A stretch of 64,000 nt of DNA from Basidiobolus meristosporus CBS 931.73 (taxonomy: Eukaryota; Fungi; Basidiobolomycota): contig MCFE01000227.1 in the NCBI GenBank assembly GCA_002104905.1, positions 58,436 through 122,435 on the forward strand, given 5' to 3'. Every line of letters starts with the position of its first letter. Position 1 is the stretch's first letter. The translations under genes and the position numbers were made by a program. Below the pieces are notes generated by a model, which saw nothing but the letters and a program-made list of their open reading frames with translations, was not told the DNA's origin and ran no database searches. Positions 39,327 to 50,169 of this stretch are shown here, in pieces.

Positions 39327-40225
39327 GGCAGCACTCGACACAATGAAGAGAAGGATACTGAAGGCACGAATGATGTTGACGATGCTGTGGCTGGCTATTT
39401 ATACAGTCCATCGGTCTGTTTATGCGGAAGACTTATCTCAGTCACCACATGGAAGTTGGTAACAATGGGAGCTTATCGAAATCACCGAAGGATCAATGAA
39501 GGCATGACGTCATCAGCAACTCCTTTTTTCCAGTTGTAATGTAGGTACGAAGATGCCTCGATGGCCCCTGGCTTATTCTAGCTTTAGCTGGCCATAGAGT
39601 CAATGCATTGCTAGGACTGACTTCAGGAGGTTCTAATATTATCCTCACGAATACAGCGCTCAGACTTGAAGATGCAGCATGTAACTAGTTCATTGAATGG
39701 GATTCCTGGTTGGGGTTGCGAAAGGTTGGTAACGCTTTTCATTGGCTATGGTCAATTTTTGGTTTAAGTTCGTGCGCATTATAGAATATATGTGATTTGA
39801 ACGGAGGTGACCGTCATAGCCTACCACCGTCGATCATTCAATATTCTGGAATACAAACCGACTACCGTCGCAGTGATCACTATTCAGCATCAAGTGTGCA
39901 TTACCATTGATGGTGTCGGAGTGTCTTCTCGTCATCAGCCAAATGAAATGAATAGCTTGAATCAATACCACCCCACTACAACTGACCTCTGGGCTGTTTC
40001 ATGAAGGCCCTTTCCTAGTACGGGAATCTTAGTAGGGAAAATATAGATTTCTGCTTGGATTTTGATTTCAAGCAAACAGGGGTTATGTGCAACACCACAA
40101 ACTCCTTTCTCAAGAGGAATGCCACGGATATGCAATGGGTGGGTTATTGGGCAAATGTTGGTGAGAGTTTATTGGGTTATCTTTATCCAAGGTATGCTAG
40201 CTATACACCGGTAACTCGGGCATCT

Positions 40226-41056
40226 CTAAGTGAACACAACTGGCTTGTCCATGCATGCTACACGCTTGATTGGCACCTGATGCTTTTCAAGCTTACTCTT
40301 CATGCTATTGCACAATCCTTGATCACCACGACCAGTTGCTTTCGAAGCGTCGAACGAGTCGCTCTCTCCGACACACCTCCAGGTCTGTGGTGAGAATCCT
40401 TCAGCGGTCAGTGCTTGCTTGACAAGATCGCACTTATTGGCAGTCCCAGGTGCTTTGTTTGTAGGGTCAGCGCGCTTTCTGAATTCTCTTCTCGCTTTTG
40501 TCCGCTTCTCGCAGACATTTCGATCGATTCGCACCCCCAGAATGTTCAATTGCCGAATTAGTCCATTGCAGTCATATTGTGATAGGTCATCTTCTGGGGC
40601 GTGAGTGCCACCTAGCAAAGGCTTGACCGGGTCGAGGGCGACACTGACACACACACTTACCAAGGGCTTGTGCGTGTATTGCTGAAGTCTTTGGATGATG
40701 TCTTCACACCGGTCCTTGTACTTGCCCTTCACCTCGTCAAGAGTGCCGACATCATTCTTGTCTACCGAACAGACATGTTCATCAACAAGGACATCTCGCT
40801 CTCGAAGACCCTTCAGAAGTTCGTGGCAACCAAGACTGCTTGGGTCGGGTAATTCAGTCTCCCCAGCACTGCTGTCAGGAATGTTGAGGCATTTCTCCAG
40901 GGGAAGCTCGGCTTTGTACCGAGTGTTGAGGTGAGACACCAGATCCTGGCAGTAGTTCAATCCGACTGGGGGAGTGTACCCTCTCTCCACTACGTAGCCC
41001 GAGGCTAGAAGAGCACTGGACAATACGAACAACAGGTTGTTGATTGAAAGCGTCAT
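40226..41056 (-). CDS. Secreted Cys-pair modular protein C2 (276 aa), tandem duplicate of C1
   Basis: Duplicated block ~38446-39615 vs ~40186-41348; 15 amino-acid differences from C1. Confidence 0.85.
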   Translation of the reverse strand: MTLSINNLLFVLSSALLASGYVVERGYTPPVGLNYCQDLVSHLNTRYKAELPLEKCLNIPDSSAGETELPDPSSLGCHELLKGLRERDVLVDEHVCSVDKNDVGTLDEVKGKYKDRCEDIIQRLQQYTHKPLVSVCVSVALDPVKPLLGGTHAPEDDLSQYDCNGLIRQLNILGVRIDRNVCEKRTKARREFRKRADPTNKAPGTANKCDLVKQALTAEGFSPQTWRCVGESDSFDASKATGRGDQGLCNSMKSKLEKHQVPIKRVACMDKPVVFT

Positions 41057-41356
41057 GGCAGCACTCGACACAATGAAGAGAAGGATACTGAAGGCACGAA
41101 TGATGTTGACGATGCTGTGGCTGGCTATTTATACAGTCCATCGGTCTGTTTATGCGGAAGACTTATCTCAGTCACCACAATGGAAGTTGGCAACAATGGG
41201 AGCTTATCGAAATCACCGAAGGATCAATGAAGGCATGACATCATGAGCAACTCCTTTATTTCCGGTTGCAATGCAAGTAAGATGCATCGATGGCCCCTGG
41301 CTTATTCTAGTTTGAGCTGGCCATAGAGAACGAATGCATTATTTAGGAATCAATAT

Positions 41357-41383
41357 CACACACACACACACACACACACACAC
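41357..41383 (+). repeat. (CA)n microsatellite
   Basis: Direct reading; a second (CA)n tract lies at ~52647-52670. Confidence 0.9.
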
Positions 41384-41517
41384 CTATATGATATAATCTC
41401 TATAAAACATGTGTATATATATATTGCAGAATATGTCTAGTTTATTCAAAAGGTTGGGAATAGGCTGGAGTGTATGTTGGAATGTATGCTGGTATAAAGC
41501 ATAGGAAAACTTGATAC

Positions 41518-42585
41518 TCAAACGACAATCAATGGTTTGCTTAAACACTTGACCATCTCAACCTGAAGACCATACTCATTAATCAACTGCTTGATTCTGT
41601 TGCAGTGCTTCAGGTTGGCAGGCCGTGAGAGGCTCTCATAATTCATCAACTTCTCATTCTCTGTACAGATGAAAGTGTTGGGACGAACGCCCCTTAAGTG
41701 TAGCTGGTCTTTGATTACACGACAGGTGGAATGAGCCACTGCTCGGCGGAAGAGATTGTGCTCAGGGCGATCAACTCCACTCAAACATACATCCACATTG
41801 ACTCTGAGGATACCCAGTGCCCGGGCGTGTGCCGTGATATCTTGGCATCCCATGCGAGCGATCTCCTCCCGAGAGAGTCTGCTTTGTCTTCTCAACCCAA
41901 GACATACATCCACATTCACGTTGATTCCTAGTACGTGGAGTCTTGCGACGATATCTGGGCAGCTTCGGCGTTCTCTCTCCTCTTCAACATGACGACCAGT
42001 GCTGAGGAAGGCAAATCTACCACCTTCACCACTGGCCCAGTTTTCATGATCAAGACATACTTTCTCACTAACAGTTATTCCTATCACCCTTGCTAACTCA
42101 ATAGTGCTTCTGCAGGTTAATCTGGAATAGTCCACGTCTCTCCATCCCATCCTTCTGAAACCATCTTGGGATACTTGCTGACACACTTCACGCTCCACCT
42201 CAACATGGAGCTCCCTCAGCCTCTCAACAATCCTTTGACAATGATGCTCATGCTCGTTTTCTCTTCCGCCTTCCCTACTGGGCACCTCATTTATGGGACA
42301 AACTAGAACACCAACACGAATCCCGTGTTCATGTGCCTTTCGAACGAGTTCGTTACACTTCAACTCGGCAGGATCGCGTAGCTCGGAATCTCCATTGCTG
42401 ACGGCAGGAAAGTCGGCTACGCACTTCTCAACGGGGATACCTGCCGAGTAGCGAGTGTTCAGATGGGTCACCAATTCCTGACAGTAGCTTGTCCCAACCG
42501 GAGGGGTGTAGGCTCTCTCCACCACATGGCCAGAGGCTAGAAGCGCGCCAGATACGATGAACAAAAGCTTACCGATAGAAAGCAT
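41518..42585 (-). CDS. Secreted Cys-pair modular protein D (355 aa, 8 modules)
   Basis: Signal peptide; VVERAYTPPVGTSYCQELVTHLNTRY; modules such as SCPDIVARLHVLGINVNVDVC and GCQDITAHARALGILRVNVDVC; TATATAA upstream. Confidence 0.85.
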   Translation of the reverse strand: MLSIGKLLFIVSGALLASGHVVERAYTPPVGTSYCQELVTHLNTRYSAGIPVEKCVADFPAVSNGDSELRDPAELKCNELVRKAHEHGIRVGVLVCPINEVPSREGGRENEHEHHCQRIVERLRELHVEVEREVCQQVSQDGFRRMGWRDVDYSRLTCRSTIELARVIGITVSEKVCLDHENWASGEGGRFAFLSTGRHVEEERERRSCPDIVARLHVLGINVNVDVCLGLRRQSRLSREEIARMGCQDITAHARALGILRVNVDVCLSGVDRPEHNLFRRAVAHSTCRVIKDQLHLRGVRPNTFICTENEKLMNYESLSRPANLKHCNRIKQLINEYGLQVEMVKCLSKPLIVV

Positions 42586-42857
42586 TCTTGAGATGTTCAC
42601 CCTGGTGGAGAAAAAGAGAGCAAGAAGAGTGGGGATTCGTTATGTGGAATCGCCCGCTTATATACGGAATTGGTATATTTTCTGGCAGGCAATAGGGCGT
42701 ACCTCTATCATCCATCAGCCCACCCTTTCGGGAGTTTAGATACACCACCTGAATCGCATCCAGACAATAGGATCAAAGCACATCGGATAGTTGCATTGCT
42801 GGAGAACAATCGTGTCGATACTTTAATGAAAAGAACATTGGGGGGAAGGGACGGGGG

Positions 42858-43424
42858 TTAGATTCCATCATCGATCAGATCCATCTTGGGCTGACTATTC
42901 GGTATCATGGCATCAATACCGATGGCCCCCTTCAACCCCTCTTCTCTAATCTCCTCATTCTCCTTTTTGCGTTGGTCGCTTGCGAGCTCCTCCCCGTTGA
43001 GTTCGGAGAATTCTTTGGCGCTCAGGTCACCCAGCACCACCCTCTTACGCAGCTCGGGGTTGTTTTGGTCCTTCAGATTCAGCACTTTCGACCGGATGTT
43101 GCTTTTATACTCGTGGTTTGTAGCGTGCTCCTCGGAGTAGATCTCTATATGCAAGACAGTTTTTGCGGTTGGTCAGTAACTGGAGCCTGGAAGCGTTGGG
43201 TGGATATGTCAGGCTGTTCAGGAGTGGGGCCGAAAAATACCTGCTTCTATGTTGACCGCTTTCTGGAGCAATATCGACTCCTGCTTCTCATTGGCGACTG
43301 GGTCCTCTTTCAAGGCCTCAAAGATCATCTGCACGCCTGTCATGAATGGTTGAGTGGCCAGTTGCGGTGCTCAGAGATGCGCTAACCTACCTTTCTCTCG
43401 GGTTTCGTCGAGTTTGTCGGACAT
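42858..43424 (-). CDS. Stand-alone TFIIS central-domain (TFIIS_M-like) protein, 3 exons, 138 aa
   Basis: Exons 43424-43391, 43336-43241, 43144-42858 in frame; MIFEAL...AVNIEAEIY...EYKSNIRSKVLNLKDQNNPELRKRVVLG...EELAS. Confidence 0.8.
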
Positions 43425-43664
43425 TTTTTGGGAAGGAAATGGATTCCTTTGGCTTTACTCGTAAGCCACATATTTATTGAGATAGATGACGTTGAGATCA
43501 CATCATGTCAGCATACCACCTGAATGACAGGCAGATCACACCGTCATGTCTAGCGTACAATGGGATTGGATTGGATTGGATTTATGTTTACAGAAGTGGG
43601 ATTTATTGTGGGATATAACACGGTGGCTGTTAATATACAAAAGATGCAAGATTCCACCCACACA

Positions 43665-44643
43665 TTACCAATCGTTGACAGCGCAAGCATGAATGCTGCT
43701 ACTGTTTTGAGTGCATTGACCTCCGCGGTCCAACGAGAAGCTCCAGTTGTGCTTGGAGCAGATCAGATTGTTTCCAACGACAATTCCCTGTTCGAGGTGA
43801 GTGTTAGTACTTCGGAACGGGTGGCGTTTGTGCTGGTGGATTACCTTGGAGGAAAGATCGACCCTCTTATGTGGGCAGTATCTATCCACTTCGTATACCT
43901 GTCCATTGCCCGCCGACACTCTGATACGGTTGCCATTGGCCTGAATACGGCCGGGTCCGGGGAGATACTTGAGTCTATTTTGGTTTGGGTTGTCTACTTT
44001 TACCAAACCAGCATTCTTGTTGCTGGGGGATTCGCTGATCTCCTCTTCGGAAGAACTGCTGGAGCTGGAACTCATACTCTCCGCCAGCTTGGCCTCACTT
44101 CCATTCCCTGGTTCCTGCGAGCGCAACCCCTCCCTTGCCAAGCGCTTCTCCATTTTCTTTTGCTTTTTCTTGATCTTTTTCTCGATCTTCAATCGCCGAT
44201 ACTCCTCCTCTGATGGATAGATATGAGGATCTGGGACACACTAGGTCGAATGAAGAGGATTTGTTTCGTACCTGGTTTGGCCAATCCGATCTGGATGGAT
44301 TTCTTTAGCAAATCCTTGACAAGTGGTAGAAGTTCGATCACCTATTCGCGCGGGTTGAATAGACGTGTCGATATGGTGAGTTTGTACGCTCCAGTGTGAA
44401 ATCCCAACCCTTTCTTCAACTTCGCTTACCTTCCAGCTCTCTTCGCTGAGATCCCTCAAATCTCGAACCGCATATAGTCGATGTTTCTCTAGTATGGTCA
44501 AATCATCGTTGACATCCTTACGGTTCCAACTTCTCTCGGAAGCGATTTGCTCCAACAGAGTGGATGCTTTCTACGGGAAGCGTCAAACCGCATTAGCCTC
44601 TTGGTGTAGTGCAAAAAGGGACGCCCCGAACGAGCCGTACCAT
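43665..44643 (-). CDS. Rieske [2Fe-2S] domain protein with N-terminal helical domain, 5 exons, 233 aa
   Basis: Exons 44643-44641, 44570-44430, 44341-44272, 44209-43845, 43787-43665 join in frame; Rieske ligands CPH...CSKH at the C-terminus; Lys-rich and Ser-rich linker. Confidence 0.78.
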
Positions 44644-45674
44644 GCTGTCCGGAAAAGAGACTTCTCCATTGGAAGAGCCTAAAGCGAGTTGACCAAATAG
44701 GTTAAAACCAAGACTGGTTCAGGATGGTGGCCAGATCGAGTACCAACCTTGACTTGTATTTGGGAGATTGTTTACAAATGCGTCAAATATTCCGCCACCT
44801 CCAAATTCTTTCCCCTTGTGCTTTCCCATATGAAAGATTGACTTCGTTGTTATCTAAAATAAAATTTCAACCTTACAAAGTTGGAAAATTCGGTGAAATA
44901 AGGTGGGGTAACGCAGAAGATCATGTGACGAGCGGCCTGCCCCTGATTGGAGCCATCAGTCAATACTCGATTCCCGAAACCATGTGTCTTAGTAGAGAGG
45001 CAAACCATTTCGGAATGAGCCTTTTGGAGTGAATCATACGGAGCAGACCTTTCCCTAGCAGCTCATACCAGAACATTTTGCAGTTGGATCAAAGGGCCTT
45101 TTTAAGACATTCTTCGAAAAAGGCATCTAATAATTGCCAAAAATTTGCTTGCAATACTATTTCCCGGAAGCACTAATCGCGTGGATTTCAAGTACGTCCC
45201 AAGCCATTTGTAGGGGAATATTTGGGGGGAGGCTTAGTCAATTCAGTCAATTAGATAAGATACCTTCCCATAAGTAGTAAGCTCCTTTGCGAATACCTAG
45301 CGCTCCGGTTATACGCTTTCCCAAGATTGTTCCCAACAGAACAATCCGTAGGTTCTGCAAACAATTCTTTATCTACGGCTGTACCTATCTTGGACGGTGC
45401 CGATACATCCAAATACTGAGCGTAACCCACTGGCGGCCCGTGGGATTGTCGAATAGAGAGTGGTATCAGGCACGTCCATAAAGTACTACGATTTATTGGT
45501 TTCAAAGTTTTCATCAACAATCAATGTACGGAAATAGGTGTCGGTATAAATTACTCTATTATCTAGTTAAATTGAATATACATTCCAGAATGGAGATAGA
45601 GATATAGGTCTATCGAACTTTAACGTTCCTCCTCGGGAGTAGAGGAAGCAGGTGCAGCTTCTTCAGGAGTGGAG

Positions 45675-47180
45675 TTAACAGGAACAATGGCAGGTACCTC
45701 TTCGGGAGTGGTGTTCAACGGAATCAACGACGGGTACCTCCTCGGGAGTGGTGTTAACGGGAGCAACGGCAGGCACCTCTTCGGGAGTGGCGTTAATGGG
45801 AACGATGGTAGGAATCTCTTCAGCGGTGGCCATTTGTTCAGGCGCACTAGTCATTTTCTCGCCCTTTTCGGCGTCGTGTCCATGACCATGAGCAGGCTCC
45901 ATGAATCCGTAGGCAGTTTCTCCCAAAATGGCAAGATCGGTACCAAGATCTTCCTCATCATCGCGGAGACGGAGACGAAGTCCGCACTTAAGCATCACCC
46001 AAAGAATAAGATAGGTCATTCCGAAGGACCAGACAGAGGATGCGGCAATAGCGGCCATTTGGATGGGCAATTGGATCCAGTGTCTGTCGAACCAGCCACC
46101 GAGGGGAACATTGGTGGCACCTGGGGGATATCCCATAGCAATGACTGCTTGCTCGGCAAAGATACCGTTCATGAAAGTACCTACGATACCACTCACGTAA
46201 TGGACGGCGAACACATCGAGGCAATCATCGAAGGGGAACAAGATGTTCTTGTACAAGACACAGACGTAGCAAATAATGGCTCCGAAGAATCCGAAAGCCA
46301 AAGAAGAGCTGGGGGTGACGAATCCGGATGCGGGAGTGATGGTAGCAAGACCAGCAACAGCTCCAGTACAGATACCGACCAACGACCACTTCTTGGTACG
46401 AAGGAAGTCGATGTAGACCCAGACGGCTCCACCAACAGCTCCGGCAATGTGAGTGACGATGACAGCGTTGGCGGCTCTTCCGTCGGCAGCTCCTTCACTT
46501 CCTCCGTTGAAGCCGAACCATCCGAACCACAAGAAGGCGGTACCCAAGAACACAAAGGCAACGTTGTTGGGAGTGAAGTGACCGTGCTTGCTATAATCCT
46601 TTCTGTCACCGATCAAAAGGGCGTAGGCTCCAGCGGCAGCTCCTGATCCAAGATGCACAGCAATACCGCCGGCGAAATCGTGAACACCAAGTTGGTACAA
46701 CCAACCCTTAGGATTCCACACCCACATGGCAATCACGTTGTACACCAAGGTGGACCAGACAAACAAGAAGATCACAACAGGTCCGATCTTCATACGCTCA
46801 GCGGTAGATCCGAAGGCAAGGGCCGGAGTGATGATTGCGAACATGCACTGGTAGATGAAGTAGGTTCCACTGGGAATGGTGGGGGCGTTGGGATGAGGCT
46901 CATTGCCAACATGGCGGGCAATGATATGGTGCAGATTACCGATGAAGTTGTTGTTCGTAGTGACACTGTAGGTGAGAGAGTATCCCCAGAAGTACCACTG
47001 GATGGTGACCACACAGGTGGAGATCATCATGAGGAACATGAGGGAGAGGGTGTGATTAGTTCTGGCAAGACCACCATAGAAGAACCCGAGACCGAGGCAC
47101 ATGATGAAGACTAGGGCAGTGGATGTGAGCATCCACGCGTTATCGCCATGGTTGACGACGGAGGCTACGTTCAGGTCCAT
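45675..47180 (-). CDS. MEP: Ammonium transporter (Amt/MEP family), copy 1
   Basis: Intronless; GDNAWMLTSTALV, YQCMFAIITPAL, DFAGGIAVH, LWFGWFGFNGGS, GLATITPASG, DDCLDVFAVH; EExxGxD C-terminal motif. The C-terminal repeat tail is frameshifted at 45716. Confidence 0.95.
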   Translation of the reverse strand: MDLNVASVVNHGDNAWMLTSTALVFIMCLGLGFFYGGLARTNHTLSLMFLMMISTCVVTIQWYFWGYSLTYSVTTNNNFIGNLHHIIARHVGNEPHPNAPTIPSGTYFIYQCMFAIITPALAFGSTAERMKIGPVVIFLFVWSTLVYNVIAMWVWNPKGWLYQLGVHDFAGGIAVHLGSGAAAGAYALLIGDRKDYSKHGHFTPNNVAFVFLGTAFLWFGWFGFNGGSEGAADGRAANAVIVTHIAGAVGGAVWVYIDFLRTKKWSLVGICTGAVAGLATITPASGFVTPSSSLAFGFFGAIICYVCVLYKNILFPFDDCLDVFAVHYVSGIVGTFMNGIFAEQAVIAMGYPPGATNVPLGGWFDRHWIQLPIQMAAIAASSVWSFGMTYLILWVMLKCGLRLRLRDDEEDLGTDLAILGETAYGFMEPAHGHGHDAEKGEKMTSAPEQMATAEEIPTIVPINATPEEVPAVAPVNTTPEEVPVVDSVEHHSRRGTCHCSC

Positions 47181-47994
47181 TGTTGTATCAAACTTGACGT
47201 GAACTTCACTTGACGCTTTCACAGCCGATATTTATACATTCATGGTAAAGAAATGTTGCAACAGAAGGTGGCCGTACCTCAACATGAAAAAGGAATGTGG
47301 CTTCCTTCTAGACTGTTATTTGAACTCAACTGTTATCAAGACCTTCCGCACTCTTACTTTTGCTTAAAGAACCTTCCTCACAACGAAGCATTGGCCAATC
47401 AATCGCATCCGAGATCCGAATCTAAACAGAATTTTTTCCCAAAATGTGAAATGGAAATTTATTTGGAACTTGGTAATTATTGGATGTTTCCAATTCGAAT
47501 GTATTAATCAGAAATCGGTACCGGGATTGCGATTTGGTAGATATCCCTCTGCTCATTAGCCGATTTTGGGACTTGATTGATCTTAGAAAGTGCTACTCAA
47601 TTTGCATTTGCCATGTTGATCTGGATGGTGGGAGTGGTGTCGTTCCTAGGTCGCGGAAAAGGGGGTAAAACACGTGGTTGTTTACTCCATCCCACGACTT
47701 TGTTCAAAGCAAAGTAAATATGGAAATATGCAAGTAACTGAAACATTTACATAGCTTTAGTTCTTGCAGACGAGTTGTTGATAGATGGAATTCTGTGATG
47801 GAAAATGGGGGAGTGATTTGTTTTCATGAGTACTTTATTGTAAAGGTCTATTAGATAGGTATCTATATATGTATCCGAAAGAAACGACGCGTTCATAAAA
47901 ATATTACATTGAATAAAGAGATTGAATATCTGTCCGGGAACGCTCTCTAAGCTTGAACTATTCCCGAGTGTACAAGGAGGTACTCCACATTAAA

Positions 47995-49596
47995 CTACTG
48001 AGTTTCTTCAGCTGGAGTTTCTTCTGCACTAGGAGTGGAGACGACCGCTACTTCCGTGGCGGAAGTGGAGGATTCTCCTTCAGGTGTTTTCTGAATTTGG
48101 GTTATGGAGCCGGTCGATAGACGAGCAATTGAACCACTGGCCATTCCGATCATAGAGTTACGTTCGGCCTTGGCTGCAGCTGCAACTTCAGCTACTTCCG
48201 AGTTGGACGAAATTGGAACGATATTAGGTAATTCGGGGACTGCTTCCATTTGTTCGGGAGCACTGGTCATTTTCTCGCCCTTTTCGGGGTCATGACCATG
48301 ACCATGAGCAGGCTCCATGAATCCGTAGGCAGTTTCTCCCAAAATGGCAAGATCGGTACCAAGATCTTCCTCATCATCGCGGAGACGGAGACGAAGTCCG
48401 CACTTAAGCATCACCCAAAGAATAAGATAGGTCATTCCGAAGGACCAAACGGAAGCTGCTCCAATACCAGCCATTTGGATGGGCAACTGGATCCAGTGTC
48501 TGTCGAACCAGCCACCGAGGGGAACATTGGTGGCACCTGGGGGATATCCCATAGCAATGACTGCTTGCTCGGCAAAGATACCGTTCATGAAAGTACCTAC
48601 GATACCACTCACGTAATGGACGGCGAACACATCGAGGCAATCATCGAAGGGGAACAAGATGTTCTTGTACAAGACACATGCGTAGCAAATAATGGCTCCG
48701 AAGAATCCGAAAGCCAAAGAAGAACTGGGGGTGACGAATCCGGATGCGGGAGTGATGGTGGCAAGACCAGCAACAGCTCCAGTACAGATACCGACCAACG
48801 ACCACTTCTTGGTACGAAGGAAGTCGATGTAGACCCAGACGGCTCCACCAACAGCTCCAGCAATGTGAGTGACGATGACAGCGTTGGCGGCTCTTCCGTC
48901 GGCAGCTCCTTCACTTCCTCCGTTGAAGCCGAACCATCCGAACCACAAGAAGGCGGTACCCAAGAACACAAAGGCAACGTTGTTGGGAGTGAAGTGACCG
49001 TGCTTGCTATAATCCTTTCTGTCACCGATCAAAAGGGCGTAGGCTCCAGCGGCAGCTCCTGATCCAAGATGCACAGCAATACCACCGGCGAAATCGTGAA
49101 CACCAAGCTTGTACAACCAACCCTTAGGATTCCACACCCACATGGCAATCACGTTGTACACCAAGGTGGACCAGACAAACAAGAAGATCACAACAGGTCC
49201 GATCTTCATACGCTCAGCGGTAGATCCGAAGGCAAGGGCTGGAGTGATGATTGCGAACATGCACTGGTAGATGAAGTAGGTTCCACCGGGAATGGTGGGG
49301 GCGTTGGGATGAGGCACATTGTCGACATGGCGGGCAATGATATGGTGCAGATTACCGATGAAGTTGTTGTTCGTAGTGACACTGTAGGTGAGAGAGTATC
49401 CCCAGAAGTACCACTGGATGGTGACCACACAGGTGGAGATCATCATGAGGAACATGAGGGAGAGGGTGTGATTAGTTCTGGCAAGACCACCATAGAAGAA
49501 CCCGAGACCGAGGCACATGATGAAGACTAGGGCAGTGGATGTGAGCATCCACGCGTTATCTCCATGGTTGATGGGGGAAGCAACGTTCAGATCCAT
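47995..49596 (-). CDS. MEP: Ammonium transporter (Amt/MEP family), copy 2
   Basis: Core nearly identical to copy 1; different C-terminal tail and unrelated upstream sequence containing GATAAA/GATAAG sites. Confidence 0.95.
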   Translation of the reverse strand: MDLNVASPINHGDNAWMLTSTALVFIMCLGLGFFYGGLARTNHTLSLMFLMMISTCVVTIQWYFWGYSLTYSVTTNNNFIGNLHHIIARHVDNVPHPNAPTIPGGTYFIYQCMFAIITPALAFGSTAERMKIGPVVIFLFVWSTLVYNVIAMWVWNPKGWLYKLGVHDFAGGIAVHLGSGAAAGAYALLIGDRKDYSKHGHFTPNNVAFVFLGTAFLWFGWFGFNGGSEGAADGRAANAVIVTHIAGAVGGAVWVYIDFLRTKKWSLVGICTGAVAGLATITPASGFVTPSSSLAFGFFGAIICYACVLYKNILFPFDDCLDVFAVHYVSGIVGTFMNGIFAEQAVIAMGYPPGATNVPLGGWFDRHWIQLPIQMAGIGAASVWSFGMTYLILWVMLKCGLRLRLRDDEEDLGTDLAILGETAYGFMEPAHGHGHDPEKGEKMTSAPEQMEAVPELPNIVPISSNSEVAEVAAAAKAERNSMIGMASGSIARLSTGSITQIQKTPEGESSTSATEVAVVSTPSAEETPAEETQ

Positions 49597-50169
49597 CGCA
49601 AAATGTTCACAAATTAACGTTCTAACTGTACGACGATTTGCGCGAACCCGCAATTATATAGAAAAAAGAAGCCATGATAAAATAACCATATATGGCAATA
49701 AAAAACCTTTAGTTTTGATGACCAAATCAGGACGCTCAACGACTGTCTAGTTCAATCGAGTTTGGTTTGATAAGCCTGATTTGTCCAGCCATGGAATAGG
49801 GGCAGATGGATCATTCTATTATAGATGATTCAGAAATAGCACGTGTAAACATTTTGCGGGAAAACCAAAGATTTCGAAGTATATTTGCAAGAGGCGTTCG
49901 GAATTGGTGGAATGTATACTGATTCTGGTCAGGCCCTATGGTAGTTGCAGTAGAAAGCTGAAAGCAGTGACAGATGATGTAGGTAAAATATTTACCACGG
50001 ATGAGAAGACAGTATCCGTAGTCGATACCGCTAAGCCTTCACTGCCACTTTAGCTGGATCAATCTTTTTTGCTCCTCTTCGGTAGCAAAATTGCATAATT
50101 TACTCGATTTCCCAAAAATATTGAAATAAGGAAATTGAATGTTCATGTGGATTTCAACTGTAAACTCCG

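Noticed and set aside
45669-49530. 325/270/153-aa + strand ORFs
   Set aside because: Antisense shadows of the two MEP genes.
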